Shown here: positions 39,331 through 51,627 of the stretch, piece after piece
Position numbering within the stretch: position 1 is the first letter of the stretch
Layout: each line of letters begins with the position of its first letter
Assembly: GCA_964016885.1 (NCBI GenBank)
Contig: OZ024744.1
Span: 71,238,001-71,302,000, forward strand
Direction of reading: 5' to 3'
DNA: 64,000 nucleotides
From: Eledone cirrhosa
Lineage: Eukaryota
Translations under genes and position numbers: made by a program
Notes under the pieces: model-generated
Told to the model about the DNA's origin: nothing
What the model saw: the letters and a program-made list of their open reading frames with translations, nothing else
Databases searched by the model: none

Positions 39331-39814
39331 AGTATGTACACGTACATACATATATGTATACCGACGTACAGTAGTATGTATATATATATATATACATACA
39401 TGCACACATATATATATGCACGTATGGATTCACCGAATATTTATTACAATGCTCGGTGTGTTTGTAAACAAACATCCCGTATTAAGCCGTAGTGTCTAGC
39501 AACCACCGTTGCTCGTTTGTTCAACACTGACAAAGGAACGCTGTACTAGTTTCAAGCTTGTTAGCTATCGTCAGCAAACGTATACCTTCCTGCCAGATTG
39601 TTGAACGTATATACTTACCTTATGCATATTAACGGCTGAGTAGCCCAATTTGCATATCGAGTGGGTTAATCGGCCGGGTGCACCGAAAACGATAAACGGA
39701 AAAAATGAAACGATATTTCATTTCCCACTCTTAGTATGGCTGTTACTTAAATATAAGTATGTACACGTACATACATATATGTATACCGACGTACAGTAGT
39801 ATGTATATATATAT
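39327..39814 (-). mobile_element. Retrozyme-like 425-nt unit with ~60-nt terminal redundancy, flanked by (TA)n
   Basis: Direct repeat AGTATGTACACGTACATACATATATGTATACCGACGTACAGTAGTATGTA at 39331 and 39756. It contains a hammerhead and no credible ORF. Confidence 0.7.
39518..39606 (-). ncRNA. Type I hammerhead ribozyme with an extended stem I
   Basis: Minus strand: cguuug CUGACGA u agcu aaca agcu u GAAA cuag UA cagcg (core 39539-39580). Stem I extends through ggaa/uucc, cuggca/ugucag and guucaaca/uguugaac. Confidence 0.85.
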
Positions 39815-40005
39815 AGGGGTTCTCCTACATGGATATAAAGTAGTGGCCGTACTCGAAAACGAGTTGGCAGCCACCATATGTATATATATATGTATATATA
39901 TATATGTATATATATATGTGTATATATATATATGTATATATATATATGTATATATATGTATGTTTAATGATAGCTATGATGCTTCCATAAGCGGTATGCC
40001 AGTAA

Positions 40006-40118
<113 letters not shown>

Positions 40119-40155
40119 CATATATATATACATATATAAATATAAATTATTGCAA

Positions 40156-40243
40156 GTGTCCGACGAACCTGCAGGTCTAGAATCAGACAGATCGATACAA
40201 AGATCGTATCTCGAGCTGTCTGCCGGCCAAACAATAGTAACAC
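40156..40243 (+). ncRNA. Decayed hammerhead with a long stem II
   Basis: gugu CCGACGA [long insert with cagacag/cugucug pairing] CAAA caauag UA acac; two core mismatches. Confidence 0.45.
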
Positions 40244-40420
40244 ACAATAAATTGAGTCCAGATGCATCACTGATTTTTCGTTTTATATTATATCACACTC
40301 TTCTCAGTAAGAACATAGAGTGCTCAACTGGCATACCGCCTATGGAAGCATCATAGCTACCATTAAACACACATATATATACATATATATATATACATAT
40401 ATATATACACATATATATAC

Positions 40421-40466
<46 letters not shown>

Positions 40467-40556
40467 GAGACACAGTCTCCCGACCAATCTTGCCTCAAGT
40501 GGGACAAAATCGTCCAACCCATGTTAGCATGGAAGATGGACATTAAATGATGATGA

Positions 40557-40602
<46 letters not shown>

Positions 40603-41199
40603 AATATTCATTTGAATCAAACTAGTCTGAGGTTGCTGGTGTGATCCCTTAGTCATAGCTGTCACATCAGTCTGGGGCTGCTGGTGTTCGCTGCTGTTCA
40701 CTCTTCGAGGGCCTGGAGGTGGCCTCCTCTGCACAACGAATCTCTGAGGTGGCTTTTTAATGTTAATTTTATTAGCCTACTCTTCCATGCCGGCTCAAGG
40801 CATGTTGGAAGAGAGCGTTTGTAAGGTAACGCAAAAACCAGTGTTTTTATCGTGACACCATCACTAGGTGGGTTGTCAACTAAGACTCAGAGAGACTCCA
40901 CCCATCCTATTCAAGGGAGGCTATCCCGTGCCAGATCTCAACTTGGTACTTTAACCTTGACGGATGTACATAAGATTAAAAAAGTAGATTTATAAAAAAA
41001 AAAGGGTATAAGTAAAAAGTAAAAATGTAAAAAGGTTAAAAGGCACAATCCCACAAACACCCATTCTTACAATATATACATATGTACACAATATTGGATG
41101 GCCGTTGACTCTCATAAGTTTATCTGCTAATCTCCAACTCACAATCTACACCCAGCAAATTGCTCGAGTTATGGGGGATCATTTTATAGAGGATGTTGG

Positions 41200-41620
41200 G
41201 TACTTGGGAGGGGTGGGGCAGATGCTTTGGAAAATTGGGAACGTAGGTATAAGAGAGATTTATGGGAGAGGAGATGGTGGGGAATGGTGTGGCCTACTAG
41301 GTATACACCTCAGCCCTAGAATAATAGAGGGTGGTGTTCTGTAATACTTCATAGCACCAGAGGTCATGGTCCTGTGCCATCGCCTTAGTGAGGTATAATT
41401 GAGCAAAGTCAGCTCTTATTATTTCATTCCAAGTCCTCCTAGGCCTGCCCACTCCATGGCTACCATCAACTTTGAGCGCTCTGCATCTTTTTATACAGCT
41501 GTGATCCTTCATACGCATCAGCATCACATATCCGTACCAACGCAAATATCCTCTCCTGCATACAACATCTGATCCCGCTTATGCCTAATTTCTTGTATAG
41601 TTCATTTATGCTTTGTAATG
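41200..41620 (-). mobile_element. RTE 3' coding fragment
   Basis: ORF 41297..41545 reads RWYGYVM...GRPRRTWNE. Confidence 0.8.
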
Positions 41621-41907
41621 TGTCTGTGTGTGTGTGTGTATGTGTATGAATATGTATGTATATCACCATCATCATGATCATCACCATTGTCATTGTCATC
41701 ATCACCATCACCACCTCTGTCATTATTACCCACATCATCATGATCATGGGTTGGATTCATAAACATCTGACCCCTTGTGATCCCTATCCAGAGATCAGTT
41801 TGACATATTTTTTATCCAACTGTCATTGTCCATTTACATTACATTCTTTTCTCTTTCCCATATCATCAGATTATTCCTTTCACATGTTGGAGTTGATAAA
41901 TCAGCAT

Positions 41908-44185
41908 ATATCATCATCATCATCATCATCATCGTTTAATGGCCATCTTCCATGCTGGCATGGGTAGGACGATTTGACCCTTAGGGAGAGAATCTGGTCA
42001 GAGGATCGTGTTTAGCTCACCCGTGGCAGATTTTGGCTTGGCGCCCTTCCTAACGCCAACCACATTTACAGTGTGTGCTTTTTGTTGTGTCACCTACATG
42101 ACCACATTACAGTTTGGACTGGGCACTTTTTGTCATGCCAATGACATGGACACTGTCTTGGAACTAGGGAGGAAAATTTGAGATATAGGTAATGGGAAGG
42201 GATGGTTACTGCAAAGGGAGGTGTATGGGATGGGAGAAGGTTGAGAAAGGTATTGCCTACAAGGTATAAGCTTCAGTCCGAGTATAATAGAGGGTGGGTC
42301 TTCTGTAATATTGCATAGCGCCAGAGGTTGTGGTCCTGTGTCATTGCCTTGGGGAGGTGTAATTGTTCAAGGTCAGCTTTTATTACCTCATCCCAAGTCT
42401 TCGTAGGTCTGCCCACTCCATGGCTACCATCAATTTTGAGCACTCTGCTTATTATACAACTGTCCTCCTTCACATGTCCATACCAATGCAATCTCCTCTC
42501 CTACATGCAACAACTGATCCCTCTTATGTCTAATTTCTCATGCAGTACATTTATACTTTACTGTTCACGTATAATGTTATTGCATATCCCGTAAAGCATA
42601 GAGGCTTCATTTCTTTCTAATCATCACAGGTACTTGGCACACGGAGCCCAGGTCTCGCTGCTGTGCAACATTGCTGTTCGTATACTTGCATCGTACAGTC
42701 TGCCTTTCATTTTGAGGGAAAATCCCTCTGAGCATTTGAAGGTGATTGTATCTTGAGGGTTCTAGCTACTTACTGCCGCTGTGCACTGGCCATAAGTAAA
42801 AACTACATTCTTTGTTAGCCTGCCTGAGATCCCTCTACATCTCTTGTGTACCTATTGCTTGCACTTGGGACATAGAATGGAATTTCTACCTACATATTTT
42901 CTGCACATGAACAGGGCTATTTTCCCAGAGATCTGGGCCCTGTTTTCCCTCCTACTTACTAGGACTTTAGTCTTTGCCAGGTTGACTTTAAGACCTTTCA
43001 ATTCTAGGCCTTGCTTCCAGGTTTGGAATTTCGTCTCTAATTCAGCTATAAGGCTTAGGTTATCAACATACAGAAGTTCCCATAGGCAGCCAGTCATAAA
43101 CCCCTCCGTTATTGCCTGCAGAATGATAATAAACAGGAGAAGGCTAAGAACAGAGCCCTGATGGACACCAACCTGCACACTAAATTCTTCGCTATAGTCA
43201 TTGTTAATTTTGACCTTGCAGGCTATTCTTCTATACATTGCTTGGACTGCCCTCACAAGCCATTTGTCAACTCCTAGTTTTCTAAGAGCCCACCAGATAA
43301 TGGAACGGGGGCTCTGTCAAAAACTTTCTCCAGGTCGACAGAAGCCAAGTAGAGGGGTTTACTCTTGCTAGGTAGTTCTCCTGCAGTTGTCTCACAAGGA
43401 AGAGGGCATCTGTGGTAGTTTTATCTGGGACAAATCCAAACTGCATCTCATCTATGTTAACATGTTCTCTAATCAGCTGAGCTCTTATTCTTTCAGAGAC
43501 CTTCATAACTTGGTCAACCAATTTAATGCCTCTATAGTTTTCTCTGTCTAGAGCGTCTCCTTTGCCCTTGTAGCAGTTTGTGATGATGCTGCTACACCAG
43601 TGATTGTGTGTGACACGATTTTGTATGACTTGGTTTACAATACGGGAGACTATGGTGTGGCCCACCATACCTGAAGCCTTTGGCATCTCAGCAACATACC
43701 TGAAGGACCAGCTGTCCTGCCTGACTTCATATCCTTGATTGCCTTACTATACTACTACTAATTTATACAGCCGGTTCCTCTGTTGGGTCGACATGTGACA
43801 AACTGTCATCATCCCATGCATTCTTCTCATTCAGTAATCTTTCATAGTGGCACTGCCATGCTACCTTCTTTTCAGCGTCAGTGAGGACAAGTTTGCCAAA
43901 ATCATTTCAGACACACTTCTCCCTCCTGACCTCAAAATTTTCTCCGAGACACTGTCTAGCGATCCTGAACACATCACGTCTTTGATCCTCACGCTGCAAA
44001 ACATGCTTAAATGTTTTGTTTTTTGCTTCCCTTCTATCCAAGCCTGTCTTTTGGCCTTAATGTTTTCATCTACGTTACTATTCCACCACCAAGTCTCTCT
44101 CTGTTTCCCTAGAGACCTACTCCAACCACAGATTTCATATGTCGCCTTCAGTAGGTTATCTTCAGGAACTCCCACAGCTCCTCTA
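41908..44185 (-). mobile_element. RTE LINE, 5'-truncated, with deletions
   Basis: ORFs 43282..43686, 42852..43256 and 42273..42491 are homologous to 8258-11165; (GAT)n tail. Confidence 0.9.
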
Positions 44186-44189
44186 TATC

Positions 44190-45200
44190 ATATTAAGAAG
44201 TAAAAGAAAACAACATAGCAAACAATACAGTAAAATGAAGATATATATTTGTTAATTTTGGTATAGTAGAAAAATAGTCTTAACGTTTCGGATGCTAGTC
44301 TTTCATCAGAAGATAGAATGGGAAATAAAAGAAGAAATAGAAATAGAAAGGTAGAAGAGAGTGAAAAGTGGGAAAACCAGGGAAAAGATTTCTTGGAGAA
44401 AAAGCATATACATGTTCAATCAGTCATTTTGTGGGGAATGCTTGTCAGAAGGTATCTTAGATATTAGAGAGGTTTTGAAAGGGAGATAATCTTAGTATAT
44501 TTTGAGTAACATGTGTATGTGTGTGTCTGTATTGGTTTGTTTGTTTGTCAGTGCAAATATGTGAGTAGATGTGCATTTGACTGTGACAAAGCTGGCTGCT
44601 GTGAGATGTAAGCGTATGTGTGTGTGTATGTGAGCTGATTGACGTCCTGGAATCGCTAGATGAAGCAGTGTAAGGAGATGTAATCTTTCTTGTGCTGTGT
44701 ACATTTTCCCTTAAACTAAAATGATTGGCTGCTGTAAGACCTGTGTAGTTTCTTGGGAAATAACTTCTGAGAGGTAGAGTCCTGCCAGTAGATAAGTATT
44801 ATTACTAGGTGTGTCTTGAAAAAGAGGCACCATCCATGACCTTTATAGGCCCTCTAAAACAAGAGAAATTGATGTTGTTAATGTTCTATTTAAATTGGTG
44901 CTGGTTCACTCCTTTTGGGAATGATAAGAGGAGAAAGGGAAGTCTAGAGAGCCAAAAGTTCTGAGCAGGAAAGACTGGCCATGGTGGTTATTGTGGGATA
45001 AGGAGGGTTGGATACAACATGGATGATGAGAAGATGAGGAGATGAGTTTGAAGTGCATCAGTGGAGATGATGTGAGTTCAGCAAGCTCCAAGGAACAGAC
45101 AATTGTAGTCATGGTAGAAGAGGTAGAGTGAGGACATAACACAGCTGTGGGATAAAGAGTGTCAATGAATGATATTAAACCAAGCTGAGTGGCTTTATTT
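44190..45200 (-). mobile_element. Highly decayed Penelope-like 3' end
   Basis: Pyrimidine-rich tract, then a hammerhead, then a T-rich tail; the same layout as 19830-20047. Coding similarity is not legible. Confidence 0.45.
44277..44313 (-). ncRNA. Minimal type I hammerhead ribozyme
   Basis: Minus strand: ucuu CUGAUGA aagacuagcaucc GAAA cg UU aaga. Stem II is weak; stem III contains the palindrome AACGUU. Confidence 0.65.
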
Positions 45201-45769
45201 TGGGTGAAATCTAAAGTATTAATGTGAGCAATAACACCTCCCCAGTTGTGGGAACAGTACTCTCATTGCAGGTCTCACCTGAGCTTTATAGAATCTCACA
45301 AGTTGTTAGAATTTAAAGTATTTTCTGATCTTGAAAAGCAGAGCCAGTCATTGGGATGCAGTTCTAGCTTTGTTGACTGACTTAAATTTTGCAGAAAGGT
45401 TGGGAGGACCACTCAGTCATGTCAAGTACATAACCTCCATAGTGTTGGTAATCTACACAATAAATGTACATGCTGTATAGTGAGTGGTTGGTGAAAGGAA
45501 GGATATCTAGTTGTAGAAAGGTTGCCAACTAAAGGGTTGGAAGGATGCTTCAGTTTCATCAAAGACATGACAACCTCTCTTGTACAATTGATAGAGCGTA
45601 AGACTGTACATAAATGAGATGTAGACCTCTCTTTCTGAGGAGTCTGGGATGTCAGGATCCCCAATATAGTACTGACTTGGTTGGTTTATGTAGACATGAC
45701 CAATTCTTTTTTAACACGGAAAGTAGATGTTAAAATGATGATGTGGAGGTGGAGGAGGAGTATGAGGAG

Positions 45770-46690
45770 GATATTGCTGCATTAGCTGACAACAATGAAG
45801 ATCTAAAAGAACTTCATAATACTATCAGCAACAATGCCAATCGTATTGGCTACAACATCGGTGCATAGAAAACCAAGAACATAACCATAGGAATCACATT
45901 TCTTATATTGATGTCAAAGTAAACCAGCAAAGAAGTTCAACTACTTTGGAAAATTAATTCCTTATCAAGGTGACATGAATTGAATTGTAGTATAGGCAAA
46001 GTATAAGCGACATTAACCCTTTACATTACTCTACTATTATATTTTTGCACTAAAGGTTTTATCTCACATAATTATCTCAAATAATATCGAATCTACGAGA
46101 TTTTGATGATGTTATTATTTATTTTAGAACAATACCTTAACATTGGTATAATCTTCTAGTTATGGCCGGTTTGAACAGAAAGAGGTGAGAGAATTCTGGA
46201 CGGATATGGCTGGTTTAAATGCTAAAGGGTTAAACCAACTCAACAAATTTGGGCCAGCAAAAAGTTTCTCTCAAGCTGAAACTACAATTCTTCAGCTCCA
46301 ATATGATTTCTACTCCTCTGTATGAATGTGAAACAGGGCAACTCAAAAGCAATCAGGAGAAAAAGCTTGATGCTTTTGACTCCAAATTCCCGAGGTGTCA
46401 AATGGAACAACTACAATACAAATAAAGAAATCAAAGAATATACAGGTCAGCAGCTAGTATTGTAAAAAAATCTGCAAAAAAGCACCTTAACAGGCTTGGA
46501 CACTTTTCCAGAGTGCCACAAACAAGACCAGCTAACCAAACGTTTCACTAGATTGTGGGAAGAAAAAGAAAGTAACAAAGACTGAAAATCAATCAGAACA
46601 TTGTGCAAGATCTATGACTGGTGAACAAAGAATGGAAGGATACTCCTGCCCTGGCTAACAATAGAAAGTATGGACTGTCTCATGTGTCCT
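45770..46690 (+). mobile_element. Decayed BovB-like RTE 3' fragment
   Basis: Legible pieces DIAALADNNEDLKEL...IG, NMISTPLYECET and KLDAFD. Interrupted by a MITE. Confidence 0.55.
46014..46233. mobile_element. piggyBac-type MITE
   Basis: TTAA-CCCTTTA...TAAAGGG-TTAA termini. Confidence 0.8.
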
Positions 46691-46789
46691 TGACGTAGGA
46701 GTTTCTGAGTGGAATCTCCATGAGAGATCTTCAGTGATTGGAGGCTTAGCATTTGAAGCAATTGCAAGGGGTTGAGTTGTTTGCTATTC

Positions 46790-46790
46790 A

Positions 46791-46878
<88 letters not shown>
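46790..46878. repeat. (TAG)n microsatellite
   Basis: Directly visible in the sequence. Confidence 0.95.
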
Positions 46879-46879
<1 letters not shown>

Positions 46880-48030
46880 ATAAAGAGGTGTATATGTGAG
46901 AGTATTTGAGTGATTTGATAGGAGTGAGATAGAGATAATGATTGAATACAGACAGAACAGATACTTTCCTTTGAGCAGAGGGTAGTTAGTGGATGGGTAG
47001 CCTATAGGGTAATGTATAGAGATTTAGAGATTTAAGAAAATTACAGGATATATCCAGCTTCTATCTCAACCACCTTTATTTACCATATTTACTCATGTAT
47101 AAGCCAAGAAATATGTGAAAAAAAAATTATTAGTAAATAGTCAGGGTCAATATTTTACTGACTTTTACTAACTTCAAAATTCTATGTAAATGAGGTGAGG
47201 TGCAAAAATATTTCGCTTTGGAGGTGAATATTACATCAGTTTCATTTTCGATGTGAAATTCATATTTCCTATTTAAAAAAATAAGTTTTGAATGAATATG
47301 GCCTTCAAAATGAACAGAAATTGGTGAAAAATCATTATGTAATGGAGTTGTGAAACAAAAAATATACTATAGATGATATTTGGAACATTTTAACTATCAA
47401 AATATTAAAACTTCATAAATATATTCTCCACTCATGAGAATTTCAAAATCACACCATCTAAACATAATGTGTTAATTAGCTGCCTCAACTTATAAATGTC
47501 GTTTGAATTTTTACCTATTTTTAAACATCATATAGGGAGTCAGCTTATATTTGAATATATACAGTAACTAGCATTTCACCGTACTTCCACCAGTAGATGG
47601 ATCTTCTCTCATACAGTATATCACCAGTCATCACAGCTTTCTGTCATCTCGTTTGTGAGGTTCAACTTCTTGAGGCCAATCTTCACTGCTTCATCTAATG
47701 TCTTCCTTGGTCCTCCTCTTCCTTCCAAAAGTTTCTTCTACTTTAACCTTTTAGCATTTAAGCTGGCCATATCCAGTCAGAATTCTCTCACCTCTTTCTG
47801 TTGAAACCAGCCATAACTAGCCACTCATACTGATGTTAAGGTATTGTTCTCAAAATAAATAATAACAAAAAATCAAATAAATTAAGGTTAAACACAGTAT
47901 CTTCTTTCATCTGATTTCTTTATTTGTTCATTTTGCATTGTCATGGCTTTCAAACTTCAAATTCTATATACCATATGCAATGCTTCAAATAAACTACAAA
48001 CTCCTCCTTCATATATATATATATATATAT

Positions 48031-50013
48031 GAATTCAAATTCAATACATCAAATTCAAGAAAAACCAAATTTGCAGGCCAGGAATACCTTAAAGGCCTTA
48101 AGAATAATATAGACAATCTTGAAAAAACTGAGAAAATCCTCGTAAAATCTGACAAAACTAATAATCTATACGGAATGCAAAAGGACGAATATAATAACCT
48201 TATATTGAAAGAACTAAGGAAAAACTACAAAATAACAACCAATGAAGATCTGGAAATGGTAAATAGAGAAGCTTCTGAAATAATTCATAAATTAGGCATT
48301 GAAAATAGGACCGAACCCTTTATACCTAGAAAACCAAAAATTAACCTGAAAGACCACAAAAGAAACTTTGAAATAGAACTACCGGTCAGACTTATAGCAC
48401 CATCTAAATCAGACTTAGGCATAGTTAGTAAACATATATTAGATAGAATCATATCGCAACTTAAAGAAATATCTTACCTAAAACTATGGAACGGTACTAA
48501 CGAGGTTATAGATTGGTTCAATAACATAACATTTAAACATAACAAAAAATTCATTCAATTGGATATTGCAAACTACTACTCCTCCATTACTCCTAGTTTA
48601 CTTAATAAAGCTCTTATTTATGCATCTAAACATACAGATTTATCTAGCGAAGAAATGCATATCATTTTAACCGCACGGAAAACTTTAATTGAATTCAACA
48701 ATCATCTCTGGACTAGAGCTGATAGAAAAAATAATTTTGATATCACCATGGGGTCATCAGACTCGGCACAAATAACGGATCTTGTGGGGCTATTTATTAA
48801 TAATACACTACATAGAAAAATATCAGAGATGACCGGTGGTTTATATCGTGATGATATGCTACTTTTAATTGAAAATCATAGTAATTGTGAAATTAATAGA
48901 AAAAGAAAATCAATAATACAATTTTTCAATAGCTACAATCTTAAGTTAGAAATAGAGTATAACTATAAAATTGTTAACTTTTTAGACGTAACATTAAACC
49001 TTAACACGGAGCTCTACTATCCATTCCATAAAATTAATGAGAATCTAAACTATGTAAGTTTTAACTCTAATCATCCTAGATCTACCAAGAACACTATTGT
49101 AAATTATTTCCAACAACGTATTTCACGCATCTCCGCTAATAAAAACATTTTTGACGATAAGGCAGAATATTATAATGAAGCTTTAAATAGAGCAGGCTAT
49201 ATAAATAAGATTAAATACATCGACAACAGTGATAAGGAAAATAACCCTACTATTAATTATAATTACAATAAAAAATCTAACTTAAACTCTAAAACTAACA
49301 GAAGAAATAGAACTAGAAATATAATTTGGTACTCATCCCCATTCTCATTAAGCGTTAAAACACCTTTTAAAGCACTAGATAAATGTTTTCCAAAAGCCCA
49401 TAGATACCACTCAATCTTTAACAGACATACAATAAAACTATCTTACTCTACTACTATGAACATAGCACAAAATATAAATAGAATCAATAATAGAAATTTA
49501 AACCATAACCAAAATAGCAGTAAAATCTCTAGCAATATCCAACATAATAGTACCGTTTCGAATAGCATCAACTTCGCTAAATGTAACTGTAGAATTAAAT
49601 CAAACTGTCCTTTAAAAAATAAGTGCTTAGATAAGGACGTGGTATATAAATGCACAGTCAAAACCAATGATAATATATTTAACTATGTAGGTTCAACTAC
49701 TACAGACTTTAAAAGTCGTTGGAATAATCACAAATGCTCTTTCCGAAAACTTGATAAAAAATCTTCAACTTCTCTATTAAACCTGATATGGAACTTAAAA
49801 TCCCAAAATATGGACTATTCTTTAACTTAGGAAATAATTTCGAAAGCACCTGCCTTCCGAAACACAGCTTTATCTAGATTTTGCAAATTGTGTGTTGAGG
49901 AAATTTTCTTCATATTTAAATGTAAGAACTCTATTAATGTAGGGAGGGACGAATTTATTTAGTTTTTGTACACATCGCCTAAATTCAACGTTTAGAACTA
50001 TATATAAATTATA
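48031..50013 (+). pseudogene. Naiad-type RT plus GIY-YIG ORF
   Basis: Open for ~600 aa to a TAG at 49828 that replaces a conserved Trp (LT*EII). It continues FCKLCVEE, then SFCTHR after a frameshift. The ORF-track start upstream of the TA tract is an artefact. Confidence 0.88.
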
Positions 50014-51133
50014 ATTACACTTATATTTCTACTTATTTCCATAACAATCTTATCCACTCTGTTTTAATATATTGTTATCTCTAAATCATATCTATAATAT
50101 TTGCTATAATTTCACTTCTTAAAATTTCTTAAAATATATACATATATGATCCTAATTTTTAAATTTTAATTTTTAATTTTAATTTTAATTTTAATTTTAA
50201 TTTTAATATTTTTTAAGTTTTTTTAATTCTTTATTTTTTATTTTTTATTTCTTAAATTTTTCATATATTTTCAAAAATTACTTATTATTTTTTTTTTAAT
50301 TTACTTATCTCTTATAAATAATTTTTTAAACATTTTCCCGAATTTTTAATATTTTTAATAAAATTTGTCAATACCTTTTAGATTTATAACCACTAACTAA
50401 TTCAGGCTAAATATATCTTTCAACATTTATATCTTTAACATTTAAACTTATTTTGACAAAATAGTCTCATACTAACGAATAAATAAACAAAACTGAAGTT
50501 TTTTTCCATATCTTCCCAATTTAAAATATATAAATATAAATATTCTTATTAACTCAGTTAACTTAATTACTTACATTAAATATAAACCAATATCCCTCAT
50601 AACTCATTAAAACAATTATCTATAACACGATAAACCCATCTATCCATTTATCTATTTATTGATTTAGTTTTCTATTTAGTTTTCTATCTATCTATTTTTC
50701 TATCTATTTATTTTTCCATATATTTTTCTATCTAATTTTATATATATTTATTTTTCTATATATATCTATTTATTTTTCTCTCTACTTATAACAGTAAATA
50801 TTATATTAGAAGAGAATTTTAACAACTAAATAATCGTAAATATACGTACCATTAGTAGATATATACTTAAAATTTATTCCCCCATATTAACGTTACATGA
50901 GTTCTATTCATCCTCTTGTTAATTTCTTCTCTCTATCTCTCTCGTAATATTAATATTTTCTCTCTCTCTCTTTCTTCTCTATCTTCCTCCAGTGTCATTT
51001 AAATAAACGGTTGTTTTTCAATTATTTACATATTCATTTGCATATTCACACATAAGTTTGAATAATCCCTAATATATTTCCACTATCCAGTGAATTTCCA
51101 ACCGATAAGGTATGATTTTCATGGGTACGTCTC

Positions 51134-51236
51134 TATTTATAAAACAAACTTTGTATTTTATCTGATGAAAGCATACCAATGTTGTTTTGGTTGCCCTTGA
51201 AATATATATAATAAAATAAATATGGTTTTATAAATA
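51134..51236 (+). ncRNA. Type I hammerhead ribozyme in the Naiad pLTR
   Basis: uauuuuau CUGAUGA aagcauaccaa uguuguu uugguugcccuu GAAA uauaua UA auaaaaua (core 51154-51218), with outer stem uauuuauaaaac/guuuuauaaaua. Confidence 0.88.
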
Positions 51237-51353
51237 TAGTTTCCATTTATTTAATATCATTGAATATTTACTCCAGTAAACTGTTGAGTGCTCTAAATCA
51301 GTTATAAACATTTATGTTTGTCGGACTTCCAAAAAAATTAAATACAACTTCTA

Positions 51354-51404
<51 letters not shown>

Positions 51405-51627
51405 ATTGTTTCTACTTTTGGCACAAGGCCAGCAATTATCCCAGTGTATTACTGGTACTTTATTTTATCGACCCCGTAAGGATGAAAGGCAAAGTTAACC
51501 TCGGCGGGATTTGAACTCAAACCATAAAGGGCCGTAAATTTGAAGACTAAAATCCAAAGAGGGATCGGTAAGGATAAATATATATATATATATTTATGTC
51601 TATTTATATATGGCTATACATATTTTT

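Larger units (their letters stand above)
48031..51355 (+). mobile_element. Penelope-like retroelement (Naiad-type), 5'-truncated, inserted in (TA)n
   Basis: RT motifs KSDKTNN, LKDHK..F...PVRLI, DIANYYSSI, ITMGSSDSAQITDLVG, LYRDD and VNFLDVTL; linker CNC...CPL...C; GIY-YIG VVYKC...YVGST. A 3' pLTR carries a hammerhead, and (TA)n lies on both sides. Confidence 0.92.

Noticed and set aside
39611-39620. ATACTTACCT as the start of a U1 snRNA gene
   Set aside because: The downstream sequence does not match U1. It is better read as a minus-strand splice donor.
46700-46740. Minus-strand CUGAAGA...GAAA
   Set aside because: GAAA is not adjacent to the hairpin and there is no stem I.
49828-49830. In-frame stop as selenocysteine recoding
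   Set aside because: The codon is TAG at a conserved Trp position, not TGA at a Cys position.
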